Shown here in pieces: positions 55,301 through 64,000 of a stretch of DNA of 64,000 nt (positions are counted from its first letter, which is position 1; each line of letters begins with the position of its first letter). Under the pieces are notes generated by a model, which made no database searches, had not been told where the DNA came from, and worked only from the letters and a program-made list of their open reading frames with translations. The position numbers and the translations under genes were made by a program. The DNA is from Poseidonia sp. (GTDB lineage Archaea > Thermoplasmatota > Poseidoniia > Poseidoniales > Poseidoniaceae): contig CBFIDD010000004.1 of NCBI GenBank assembly GCA_965661285.1, positions 69,042-133,041 of the forward strand, read 5' to 3'.

Positions 55301-56482
55301 TCAACCGAAACGACCTGAGACATACCGAGCGGTTAATTCCTCTTTCGGATCGCCAAAAATCTTGGCCGTCTTGTCAAATTCAATCAAGCGACCGAGGTAC
55401 ATGAAGCCCGTGTAGTCGCTGACACGCTGAGCCTGTGACATCGAGTGGGTGACGATCACGACGGTGAAGTGCTTTTTCAGTTCAAGAATAAGTTCCTCGA
55501 TTTTTGCCGTAGCGATGGGGTCCAAAGCGGAACACGGCTCGTCCATCAAAATCACCTCTGGTTCAACTGCGATCGTTCGCGCAATGCACAGGCGCTGCTG
55601 TTGGCCGCCCGAAAGACTGGTGCCCAGCTCGTGGAGCCGATCGTTCACTTCCTCCCAAATCGCCGCTCGTTTCAGCGACTCCTCGACAATCCGGTCAAGT
55701 TCGCGCCGGCTCGGCGTGTAGTGAAGTCGAACCCCGTAGGCCACGTTGTCGTAGATGGATTTTGGAAACGGGTTGGGCTTTTGGAACACCATCCCAACAC
55801 GGCGACGGATGGTCACCAAATCAGCACCGCGCCCCATTATTTCCTCACCATCAAGTTCAATCGACCCGTCGATTTTGCAGATTGGAATAAGGTCGTTCAT
55901 CCGATTCAAGCATCGCAAAAGCGTGGATTTACCGCAACCAGACGGTCCAATCAACGCCGTGACAGCGTTGCGCTGGAACGGAATGGATACGTTGTAAATC
56001 GCCTGGGCGCTACCGTAGTGCAAATCCATGTTTTTGATCCACATATGGGGGTCGCCGTCGATGTCCAGTTGGTCGGTGGAGTCAGGGATAACATCGTCAC
56101 CTCCATGTTCGGCTTCATCGACGAGTGGGGCGTCTGCTGCTGCGTCGGAATCGGTTACTGACTCGGTGGAATCTTGCGACTGTTCGGCCTCGGATTCATC
56201 CTCCGTAGCGTCCCCGGCGCCTTCGTCGGCCGAGGATGCCTTCAACTCGTCCATCATCGTCTTGATGAGTGCGGATTCGGAGGAGGCGTTCTCCCCGTCA
56301 TCGGCCGACAGTGACGTGAGCACGCTCATGGCTTCTGCATGACCGATGCCGTCCTTGCCATCGAACGCCTGTTCGAGCACCTCTTTCCGTTGTTCTTCGA
56401 TATTCTCAACCGCGCCATCACCTTCAATGAGGCGGTCGATCATCGTGTTCAATTGTTCCAAGGATACGCTGTTGTTCGTCAT
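55301..56482 (-). CDS. pstB: Phosphate ABC transporter ATPase with acidic N-terminal extension
   Basis: [52 protein letters not shown]; ATG 56482 overlaps the pstA stop. Confidence 0.95.
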   Translation of the reverse strand: MTNNSVSLEQLNTMIDRLIEGDGAVENIEEQRKEVLEQAFDGKDGIGHAEAMSVLTSLSADDGENASSESALIKTMMDELKASSADEGAGDATEDESEAEQSQDSTESVTDSDAAADAPLVDEAEHGGDDVIPDSTDQLDIDGDPHMWIKNMDLHYGSAQAIYNVSIPFQRNAVTALIGPSGCGKSTLLRCLNRMNDLIPICKIDGSIELDGEEIMGRGADLVTIRRRVGMVFQKPNPFPKSIYDNVAYGVRLHYTPSRRELDRIVEESLKRAAIWEEVNDRLHELGTSLSGGQQQRLCIARTIAVEPEVILMDEPCSALDPIATAKIEELILELKKHFTVVIVTHSMSQAQRVSDYTGFMYLGRLIEFDKTAKIFGDPKEELTARYVSGRFG

Positions 56483-59400
56483 GTCTTCGAATACCTCCTG
56501 AAGTGGGCGCGGAGAAGGATAGCTGCTGAATTGACGACGACCAGGGTGCCAAGCAAGACCAATGAGGCCCCTGCCGCAGCGACTTTGAAACCGATGGCCG
56601 GCATGTCGGTCCAACGGTACACTTGCACGGGAAGGACCGTGTAGAAGCCACGGTCGTTGGAGTCTGGGCCGACGTACTCTGAGGGGTCCGAAGAGAAGGG
56701 TCCCCGGTCCGCCCAAAGCGGTATGTTTTGGAGGTAGGGCTCAATGCCAGGGAACCATGCGAAAAGACCGTCCAGTGAAGGCGTGACTTGGTAGGATACA
56801 TAGAAGAAAGCATCCGGTTCGGTGAACACCGATGCGACGGCTCCGACCAAAATGAGTGGCGCAGCCTCGCCCATAATGCGGGACATGGCGAGGATGGTCC
56901 CTGTCATCATCCCGGGCATGGCGTGAGGAAGAACGTGGTCTTTGGTCACTTGCCATTTCGTGCAACCCAAACCAAAGGCGCCGTTTCGCAAGGAGGGTGG
57001 CACGGCTCGAAGAGCCTCTTGAGAAGAGATGACAATGGTTGGCATGGCCATGGTGGCCATGGTCATCCCGGCCGTCATGACGGTTCCGCCAAGGCCCAAT
57101 CCAATACCACGATCGGTCAAGAACATGGCGAGCCCGAACAGACCGAAGACAATGGCTGGGACACCAGCGAGGTTCGTGATGAGGGCTTGGATGGTCCGGC
57201 GCAATCGGTTGTTTGGAGCGTATTCCTCCAACCAAATAGCGGCACCGATGGAGAGCGGTATGGCGAACAGCATCGTGTAGCCCACCACGTAGACACTGCC
57301 CCAAAACGCTGCACGCAGGCCGGCCTTGTAGGGTTCGGACGACGTGAAGTCAGACCAAACAAACGGGATGTGAATGGACATTGGAATGGAGACAAGCGCA
57401 ATCGTCAACGCCACGAGGCTGGCGGTGATCCATCCTTGACGACCTTTGACCACCAATTTCAATCGGTCAAACTGGATGTTCTCCGTTCTGGTCAACTGCA
57501 AGCCAGCGAGCACCAATCGTTTGATTCCGGACATGATCATCAGCAAGGTGACGGCGCCGATGAGCCATCCTTCAACGAGCACCCAGTGAAGCGCGATGTA
57601 GATCATGAGGCCACTGAACAACAGCAGGCCAAGATCGACGAGCCCGTCCGATCGAGGGACGCGGGTCTCCGGGCGAATGCCAAGAATCTCTGTGACCGAG
57701 ACAAGGAGCGCAATCCCTGACATGACCATCACGGCGCCGCCGATGGTGAAGGTAAACGGTATCAGCAGTGTTTGTTGGTTTTCAGCAAAGGTGCTGAAGA
57801 AGAGGGAGGCGCTGAGCACGAAGAAACCAAGACGGAACCCAATGCCAACCAAGCGGCCGATGAGTTCCGTAGCAAACGAACACCACGACCACGGCGTCAT
57901 GACATCCTCGTCGTGCTCATCGCTTCCGAGTGACAAAAACATCGCGCGCAATCGCATCAAAAGTGCATTTGGCTTTCGCATGATGAGGAGCATCCCGACC
58001 AAGCTCAGCATGCTGAGCATTGGAAGCACCGGATCTCGTTCTTCGAACATGGCCTCGCCAGACTCGAATCGCTCAGGAGCTGCGCATTTTTCCAACCACA
58101 TAAGTTGGTCGAGATAGCGGACCTGATCGCACCATGCTTGGGCTGTCGTGGGAGGCGTGTCGGTCATGGCTCGGGCTTGTTCGCAATCAAACGCTGCAAA
58201 GGAAGGGTCGTTGGCTTTGTAATTCTCTCCGCACTTGAGAGTCGCAAGTTCGCTGGCATGCGTCCACAACTCAGGGACGTCCGCCAGTGATTCTGCACCC
58301 GCAAACGCGTCTTCAGCAGAATGACCTTGCCCGTCGATGAGGTTGGGTACACCGTCTCCGTCGATATCACGGTCGTTGACGCCGTCGTGCACGCCGTCCT
58401 CGTTTTCGTCGTTCGCTGAGACCCACGCCGAATAACTCAACGGTTCAGAAGGATCTGCATACCGGCCTTCACCCGGGCAATGCTCTGGATGGCCTTGCAC
58501 AGGATTCTCATCGTTGTCTGCGTCAATGTCGTCATCACAAACGTCGATGATGCCGTCGTTGTCAAGGTCCTGGTCGTTCACAAATCGGAACTGAAACCAA
58601 TCGGCAGGACTGCCAAGAGCAAACCCTCCGATTTCATTGTACGATGTTTCGCGTGCATCACCTGGTGGCCCTTCGGTTTGAAGGTATGTTACGGTGTAGT
58701 TCATCGTGTGGCTGATGAAGAGCCAGTTGGTGCTCAAGCCGCCCGAGGGTTGCAATTCAACATGGTGCTGGTCAAAGTCACCGTCGACGATGGAGACGAA
58801 GGCCGCTGATTCCCCTCCGCTGGTGATGGCGACGGTCAGTTCAATCGTACGAGAACGACCTGAATCAGCCGTGGTTTCGATGGAATAGCCGTTCTCGTTC
58901 GTGAATTCGCCAATGACCGCAGCACCCACCTGTCCCGATGTCAAAATATATGCCGATGTTTCGGCTTTGGTACAGAATTCTGGAACAAACGATTCAATGC
59001 TTTCCTGTGGTTTGAGGAGGGCCTCAGGAACATCAGCGGGAGAGACCGGCGTCCATGAACGGGTGGTTTTGTTGTACATGCTGGCTTCCTCAATGGTTGA
59101 GAACGAAGCAATGCCGGTCGCCGTTCGGTTCAGCCACAAATCGCCATCGCCTCGGAACAGCGGTTCAACGGGCGTGTAGTGAATCCAAAGTTTGCCGTCC
59201 GCAAACGCCTCTGGATGCGGAGCGATGAAGTCGAGCACGTTGGCGAGGAAGGCGTCGTTGTTCGCTGACTCCCACCTGAGGCCTTTCCAGACCCATCGGC
59301 TTCCGTCATCGCTATCGACCCAAAAATCACCCATCCCCGGTGTTGGCGCAGCAGACCGGTTGAAGATGTTGATACGCGTTGATGAGCCGGTGTCGTAGGC

Positions 59401-59985
59401 GAGACCAGCTTGTTCCTCACCCGGGAGAAGGTCAAAGATGGACCACGGTTCGACCGGTTTGTACGTTGTCGGTGCCAAACCGGCATCGCACAACGCTCGC
59501 TCAAGGTCTTCCTCCAAGTCAAACGTGCTCTCTCCAGACAACGATACAAATCGTTCTCCATCATCGTTAAACGCCTCAAACGAGGTCTCAACCCACGACG
59601 CTTCGATGGTCACGTTGGAGCGTGATTGACGCAAATCATCCTCTGCCCACGAAGGGTTGTAAGTTTCCGCCTTCCACGAAAGTTGCGTTTGTGCAACCGT
59701 CTTGGTGGGATAGCGAACACCGTCAACCTCAATTTCTTCCTCGGGGACAAACGCCTCTTCGGAGATTTGTGTAAGCAAGGTGATGAGGGCGATACCGCAC
59801 ATCACGGCGATGGAAACAAAGACGCCCTTGCCTATTTTTGCAGACATGTAGCGTCGGGAAAGTGAGCGTTTTGGCAGGTGAATGGTGCCAAAGAGGCTCG
59901 GCCGATCGCTGGTAGCGTTTTCCTTCTTCGTGTCATCCTTCGCCTCGTCCTGAGGCTCGAATACTTGCTCGGTGGATTCGCTCAA
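56479..59985 (-). CDS. pstA: Phosphate ABC permease PstA with very large insertion
   Basis: C-terminal [46 protein letters not shown]; 1168 aa. Confidence 0.9.
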   Translation of the reverse strand: MSESTEQVFEPQDEAKDDTKKENATSDRPSLFGTIHLPKRSLSRRYMSAKIGKGVFVSIAVMCGIALITLLTQISEEAFVPEEEIEVDGVRYPTKTVAQTQLSWKAETYNPSWAEDDLRQSRSNVTIEASWVETSFEAFNDDGERFVSLSGESTFDLEEDLERALCDAGLAPTTYKPVEPWSIFDLLPGEEQAGLAYDTGSSTRINIFNRSAAPTPGMGDFWVDSDDGSRWVWKGLRWESANNDAFLANVLDFIAPHPEAFADGKLWIHYTPVEPLFRGDGDLWLNRTATGIASFSTIEEASMYNKTTRSWTPVSPADVPEALLKPQESIESFVPEFCTKAETSAYILTSGQVGAAVIGEFTNENGYSIETTADSGRSRTIELTVAITSGGESAAFVSIVDGDFDQHHVELQPSGGLSTNWLFISHTMNYTVTYLQTEGPPGDARETSYNEIGGFALGSPADWFQFRFVNDQDLDNDGIIDVCDDDIDADNDENPVQGHPEHCPGEGRYADPSEPLSYSAWVSANDENEDGVHDGVNDRDIDGDGVPNLIDGQGHSAEDAFAGAESLADVPELWTHASELATLKCGENYKANDPSFAAFDCEQARAMTDTPPTTAQAWCDQVRYLDQLMWLEKCAAPERFESGEAMFEERDPVLPMLSMLSLVGMLLIMRKPNALLMRLRAMFLSLGSDEHDEDVMTPWSWCSFATELIGRLVGIGFRLGFFVLSASLFFSTFAENQQTLLIPFTFTIGGAVMVMSGIALLVSVTEILGIRPETRVPRSDGLVDLGLLLFSGLMIYIALHWVLVEGWLIGAVTLLMIMSGIKRLVLAGLQLTRTENIQFDRLKLVVKGRQGWITASLVALTIALVSIPMSIHIPFVWSDFTSSEPYKAGLRAAFWGSVYVVGYTMLFAIPLSIGAAIWLEEYAPNNRLRRTIQALITNLAGVPAIVFGLFGLAMFLTDRGIGLGLGGTVMTAGMTMATMAMPTIVISSQEALRAVPPSLRNGAFGLGCTKWQVTKDHVLPHAMPGMMTGTILAMSRIMGEAAPLILVGAVASVFTEPDAFFYVSYQVTPSLDGLFAWFPGIEPYLQNIPLWADRGPFSSDPSEYVGPDSNDRGFYTVLPVQVYRWTDMPAIGFKVAAAGASLVLLGTLVVVNSAAILLRAHFRRYSKT

Positions 59986-62177
59986 TCGTACGCCTCCCGA
60001 AAGCGAGTCATGATCTTGTGGCCGACCATGTTGAGCCCAAGCGTGATGGCAAAGAGATAGAGCCCTACAGCGAACAGGGAATAGTACGGCGTGGTACCAA
60101 TGGGAAGTTCGCCACCGATACGTTGAGCGATGTAGGCGGTCATGGTTTGAGCCGACCGGAACATGTTGTCCGAATAGGTCGCCAAGGTCCCAACCGAGAG
60201 GGTGACCGCCATGGTCTCACCAATCGCTCGGGAAAGAGCGAGGATGATCGAGGCGAGGATGCCAGAAAGAGCGGAGGGCATGGTGACACGTGCCGTGGTT
60301 TCCGTGGTGGTGGCTCCAAGAGCGTAGGAGGCTTGTCGAAGGCTATCGGGAACAGCACGAAGGGCATCTTCGGACAGGGAAGCGATCAGTGGTGTGATCA
60401 TGATGCCGACCACAATGGCCCCGTTGAGCGGGTTGAACAATTGTGGTTCTTCTGCAATCCACCCCCGCTCCAAAAAGACCGTTCCAAGGTCGACCACCAA
60501 AGGAGCGATGACGACGAAGGCAAAGAACCCGTAAACGACAGAGGGGATGCCGGCCAACAGTTCCAAAATGGGTTTCACGATGTTGGCCGTCCTCGGACTG
60601 GCGTATTCGGAGAGGAACACCGCGGTACCCAAGCCGATGGGGATGGCGACGACCAAGGCGCCCAAAGCGACTTGGAGCGTGGTTTGCAACAACGAATTCA
60701 CACCCATGTGAAGGTCGGAGGTCACCGTGACGGTTTCACCAGCGGAGCGCACATCTGTTTTCCACCATGTTTGGGTGAAGAACTCGCCCAAAGACCCGTT
60801 CACACGAGCGACGACATCGAAATACATCAGGGCAAATGTGACGATGACGACCAGGTAAAGAATGGCCTTCGTATCACCATCGATGGTGGCGAAACGGGTG
60901 GTTCCAGCTTGGTTTCGTGAGTCTGACATAGCGGTTGTCAAGGCGATGAACGAGAGTGCCAGCGCAATGGTGTGCCCGGTTTGAACAGAATAAAACTCGA
61001 AGATAACGAGGAACAGGGAGAGTGCAGCGATACAAGCAATCGATACCGGAATTTTCCGGTCGAGCCGCCAACCAAAAGCAACCAGAATCAAACACACCAC
61101 ACAGAGAAGAATCAACACGCTCGCCTGCGGCGGAGCAATCAGGGACATGAACCCAATGATGGTCAGCACCAAGGCGTTCAATCGAAGAGCAGGCGTCCAG
61201 CGATCAATGCGTTCAACCGGCATGGATTGGAGCCACTGAGGACAGAGAAGCGTTGCGATCACAATCAAAAGCGTGAGAAGGCCCAAAAACAGGCCCACCG
61301 CATCAGAGTTTGGATTGTAGATGTCCTTATCGTATGGATTCGGGATTCCGTCGCCGTCAATGTCTTCGTCAAGGTAATTGGGGATGTTATCCCCGTCAAT
61401 GTCGTTGTCGAGGAGGGTCCCTGCGCCGTCAACGGCATCGTTCGCAACGCCGTCTTCATCAACGTCTTCCTGAGCAGTGTCGTTCCAAACCCAGAGCGTG
61501 ACCCACCATTCACGGGCGAGTTCTGGATTCTGTTCATGAAGGGTGAGGGCCCCCTCGTTTTCGTAAATCAAACTTAGCGGAACTTTCGGATAGGCTTCAT
61601 CCCACATGGTGGGATTCGCCTCAAAGTATTCCGCAAGATAGGTACGATCCGAGTCTAACGCAGGGCCTGTCGTACTGGTGCCGTCCGATTGAGAGAACGT
61701 TGAGCCTACGCGATCACTGTTATCAGTGTAGGTCTGCGTGTCCTCGTCCCATTCAAAACGGTCGATGAACGGTTCAGCCAGAACGACCTCATGGTCCATG
61801 TTCCAATCAACAATGCAGAACGCATCGAGCCACAGCGGGTCTGAAAGTTTGCCGTCATCATAGATGGCGGCCTCTTTGATTCCAGCTTTGACATCCTCGT
61901 GCCAGTCTTGTGGCGGTTTGTAAGCGTCAACGCCGCATCCAAATCCTCTGTAGAACTTGGAACCAGACTCGAAAAGGACGAACACGATGCCGGCTGTGAT
62001 CATGATCACAGTGGCAGCCAAGGCAAAGAGAACAACTCCAGGAGCAGCCTCCTCCACACGCCCACGCCAGCGCATGGACCCCGCACCACCAGATTTGGAT
62101 CGTCGGGGACCATTGGAAGCGGCGGCGGATGTTGCCGTACTCTGAGATTCCTTCGGACTGTCTTCGACAGACATCAC
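59982..62177 (-). CDS. pstC: Phosphate ABC permease PstC with large insertion
   Basis: TAVFLSEYA, KPILELLAGIPSVVYGFF, SEDALRAVP, SRAIGETMAV; 731 aa. Confidence 0.92.
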   Translation of the reverse strand: MMSVEDSPKESQSTATSAAASNGPRRSKSGGAGSMRWRGRVEEAAPGVVLFALAATVIMITAGIVFVLFESGSKFYRGFGCGVDAYKPPQDWHEDVKAGIKEAAIYDDGKLSDPLWLDAFCIVDWNMDHEVVLAEPFIDRFEWDEDTQTYTDNSDRVGSTFSQSDGTSTTGPALDSDRTYLAEYFEANPTMWDEAYPKVPLSLIYENEGALTLHEQNPELAREWWVTLWVWNDTAQEDVDEDGVANDAVDGAGTLLDNDIDGDNIPNYLDEDIDGDGIPNPYDKDIYNPNSDAVGLFLGLLTLLIVIATLLCPQWLQSMPVERIDRWTPALRLNALVLTIIGFMSLIAPPQASVLILLCVVCLILVAFGWRLDRKIPVSIACIAALSLFLVIFEFYSVQTGHTIALALSFIALTTAMSDSRNQAGTTRFATIDGDTKAILYLVVIVTFALMYFDVVARVNGSLGEFFTQTWWKTDVRSAGETVTVTSDLHMGVNSLLQTTLQVALGALVVAIPIGLGTAVFLSEYASPRTANIVKPILELLAGIPSVVYGFFAFVVIAPLVVDLGTVFLERGWIAEEPQLFNPLNGAIVVGIMITPLIASLSEDALRAVPDSLRQASYALGATTTETTARVTMPSALSGILASIILALSRAIGETMAVTLSVGTLATYSDNMFRSAQTMTAYIAQRIGGELPIGTTPYYSLFAVGLYLFAITLGLNMVGHKIMTRFREAYD

Positions 62178-62349
62178 TCATCCTCCAACCGTGTTTGGTC
62201 AATGACCCGAACACTCCATCCAGAACCGGGAATCTCACAGGCTGCCACGTTGCATCCCCTCATCACGCCGTATCGGCGGGTGAAGGGAGGCCACGGGACA
62301 TTTTGTGATTGCTATATAGTCCGTTGAAAGGGCGCGGGCCCAAGAAGCA

Positions 62350-62373
62350 GACGGCCGGGCGACCCCGGCCGTC
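62350..62373 (-). terminator. Perfect 10-bp GC-rich hairpin after pstS (terminator or mRNA-stability element)
   Basis: GACGGCCGGG-CGAC-CCCGGCCGTC, 28 nt past the pstS stop. Confidence 0.6.
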
Positions 62374-62401
62374 CACAGTTGGGTATTGACCGATGTCGGG
62401 T

Positions 62402-64000
62402 TCAGTACACGCCTTCTGCAGCAATGCGGCGGTGCATCTCTTGCCAGGTGGCGTCGTCGAGTGGGACGTAGCCGACCTCAGAGATCACTGCCGTACCGTC
62501 GCCCGAGAACGCCCAGTGGAGGAAGGAGGACACAACGTCCCACTTGTCGTTGTTCACGTTCATGAACAATGGGCGAGAGAGCGGCGAGTACGAGCCGTCT
62601 CGAACAGTATTGGCGTTGGGTGCAACGGCCTCTTCAGGAGCATCACCAGCACCGTGGGTCATGTTGTCCACGATAGGTGCAGCACTGAGTGTCGCCTGGT
62701 TCTCGGCGTAGTAAGCAAAGCCAAAGTAGCCGATTGCAGCTTCATCACCGGTGATGGTGTTCACCAAGACGTTGTCGTCAGAGGACTGTGTGCCGGTGCG
62801 GAAACCAGCAGTTGCCTCATCCAAGACAGCCTCAAAGAAGTACTCATAGGTACCAGAGGCGGCGTCAGGGTAAGCGAGCACGATCTCAGCATCTGCGCAT
62901 CCAGCGTCAAGTTCCGACCACTTGTGGGTCGTGTCGTCGCCGTCGCCGTTGGGCGTGATCGAGGACATGTCGAGACCGGCAGCCGTCAATTCAGCGCTGG
63001 TTTCAGCAGAGAACATCCAGCGCAGTTGACCGACGCTCAGACCACCAAGGGTGTTCACGCAGGTCTCAGCAGCGCTTCCTTTCTTCATGACCACGGACAA
63101 TCCGTCAACGGCCACAACAAGTTGAGTCACGCTGATGGATGTGTCGCCGACCAAGCAGTCGAGCTGTCCGTTTTCGTCAACCAAACCTTCGGTGGCCTTC
63201 CAGTCTCGGGACATGTCGCCGATGTCGACGGGTGTTCCCTTGGCGGAGTTGGCGCACACACGGCCGGCACCGGAGGAGGATCCACCGGATTCAACTGTGA
63301 TGGTGGTGTCTGGGCAAAGCGTGTTGTCTTGGAAGTCTTCAGCCCACGCCTCAGCAAGCGGGAGGACCGTTGAGGAACCTGCGATGGAGATGCTCTTTGC
63401 ACCGCCACAGAACTCCGCATCAAACCACTCGCTGTTGCCAGCGGCCGTCATGCCGGCGAGGTAGAGCCATCGGCTCATGAACATCTGAGCTTCCTGGTTG
63501 TCGTTGAGACTCACATAGCCAACTTCACCAACCTTGGACTGGCCGGTTTCGGTAAACAGACCAAAGTGCATGAACGGAAGGGTGTCTTCCAGCGTCGTTG
63601 GGTCAACGAGGAGGTTCATGAACAGTGGGCGGGACAGTGGGTTGTACGAACCATCTCGAACGGTGGTTGCATCGGGAGCCACGAAGTCGCCATTGCTGTT
63701 CTTGACGGGCAATGCAGTCAAGGTTGCCAGGTTCTCCTGATAGTAAGCGTAGCCGAAGTAGCCAACAGCTGCTTCGTCGCCGGTCACCGTGTTCACGAGC
63801 ACGTTGTCGTCCGAGGATTGCTGGCCTGCACGGAAGCCTTGTTCGGCTTCGTGAAGGATTTCCTCATAGAAATACTCGTAGGTACCGGATGCGGCGTCTG
63901 GGTAAGCCAGAGCAATTTCAGCGTCGGGGCAGGAGGGGTCAAGCTCGGACCACTTGTGCGTGGCATCGTCGCTGTCGCCGTTGGGCGTGACAGCGGACAT
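62402..64000 (-). CDS. pstS: Phosphate-binding protein PstS with tandem domains, 5' partial
   Basis: IAGSSTVLP, GGSSSG, MSR, SGTYEYF, IGYFG.AYY, Y.PLSRPLF; internal repeat with 1032-nt period. Confidence 0.93.
   Translation of the reverse strand: MSAVTPNGDSDDATHKWSELDPSCPDAEIALAYPDAASGTYEYFYEEILHEAEQGFRAGQQSSDDNVLVNTVTGDEAAVGYFGYAYYQENLATLTALPVKNSNGDFVAPDATTVRDGSYNPLSRPLFMNLLVDPTTLEDTLPFMHFGLFTETGQSKVGEVGYVSLNDNQEAQMFMSRWLYLAGMTAAGNSEWFDAEFCGGAKSISIAGSSTVLPLAEAWAEDFQDNTLCPDTTITVESGGSSSGAGRVCANSAKGTPVDIGDMSRDWKATEGLVDENGQLDCLVGDTSISVTQLVVAVDGLSVVMKKGSAAETCVNTLGGLSVGQLRWMFSAETSAELTAAGLDMSSITPNGDGDDTTHKWSELDAGCADAEIVLAYPDAASGTYEYFFEAVLDEATAGFRTGTQSSDDNVLVNTITGDEAAIGYFGFAYYAENQATLSAAPIVDNMTHGAGDAPEEAVAPNANTVRDGSYSPLSRPLFMNVNNDKWDVVSSFLHWAFSGDGTAVISEVGYVPLDDATWQEMHRRIAAEGVY

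Noticed and set aside
56483-56716. Extended ORF-track start of pstB (likewise extensions at 14783, 16806, 18395, 20006, 44514, 54546)
   Set aside because: These overlap neighbouring genes or a tRNA; downstream starts with stop/start coupling or better family fit were chosen

Overview
Gene-dense, GC-rich archaeal chromosome segment. Gene content (top6A/B, rpoP, dph5, split guaAA, geranylgeranyl reductase, together with a PlsC-type acyltransferase, type II glutamine synthetase and a URA3-like pyrF) fits Marine Group II Euryarchaeota (Poseidoniales); this assignment is inference, not a search result. About 48 CDS and 3 tRNAs (Arg-CCT, Asp-GTC, Leu-GAG); no rRNA, CRISPR array, transposase or integrase seen. 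Top observations: (1) a gene encoding three head-to-tail 70-aa ubiquitin-like domains, each ending in GG, capped by a 3-aa tail (polyubiquitin-precursor layout), followed directly by a small Myb-like gene; (2) a phosphate-starvation block starting at a degenerate duplicate of the tRNA-Leu 3' half, with a PPK3-like thymidylate-kinase pair, a coupled plcP-like/glycosyltransferase/ParB-Srx operon (candidate archaeal phospholipid-to-glycolipid remodelling; the phosphoesterase apparently starts at CTG), and a pstSCAB operon with giant Ca-binding-repeat insertions in PstC/PstA and tandem PstS domains; (3) surface proteins with an integrin-alpha-like layout and LDL-receptor class A-like repeats; (4) apparent pseudo-enzymes (SdhA-like, class II aldolase-like) and an AT-rich R-M pair. 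All calls come from motif reading by eye; several start codons were adjusted from the ORF track and remain provisional.
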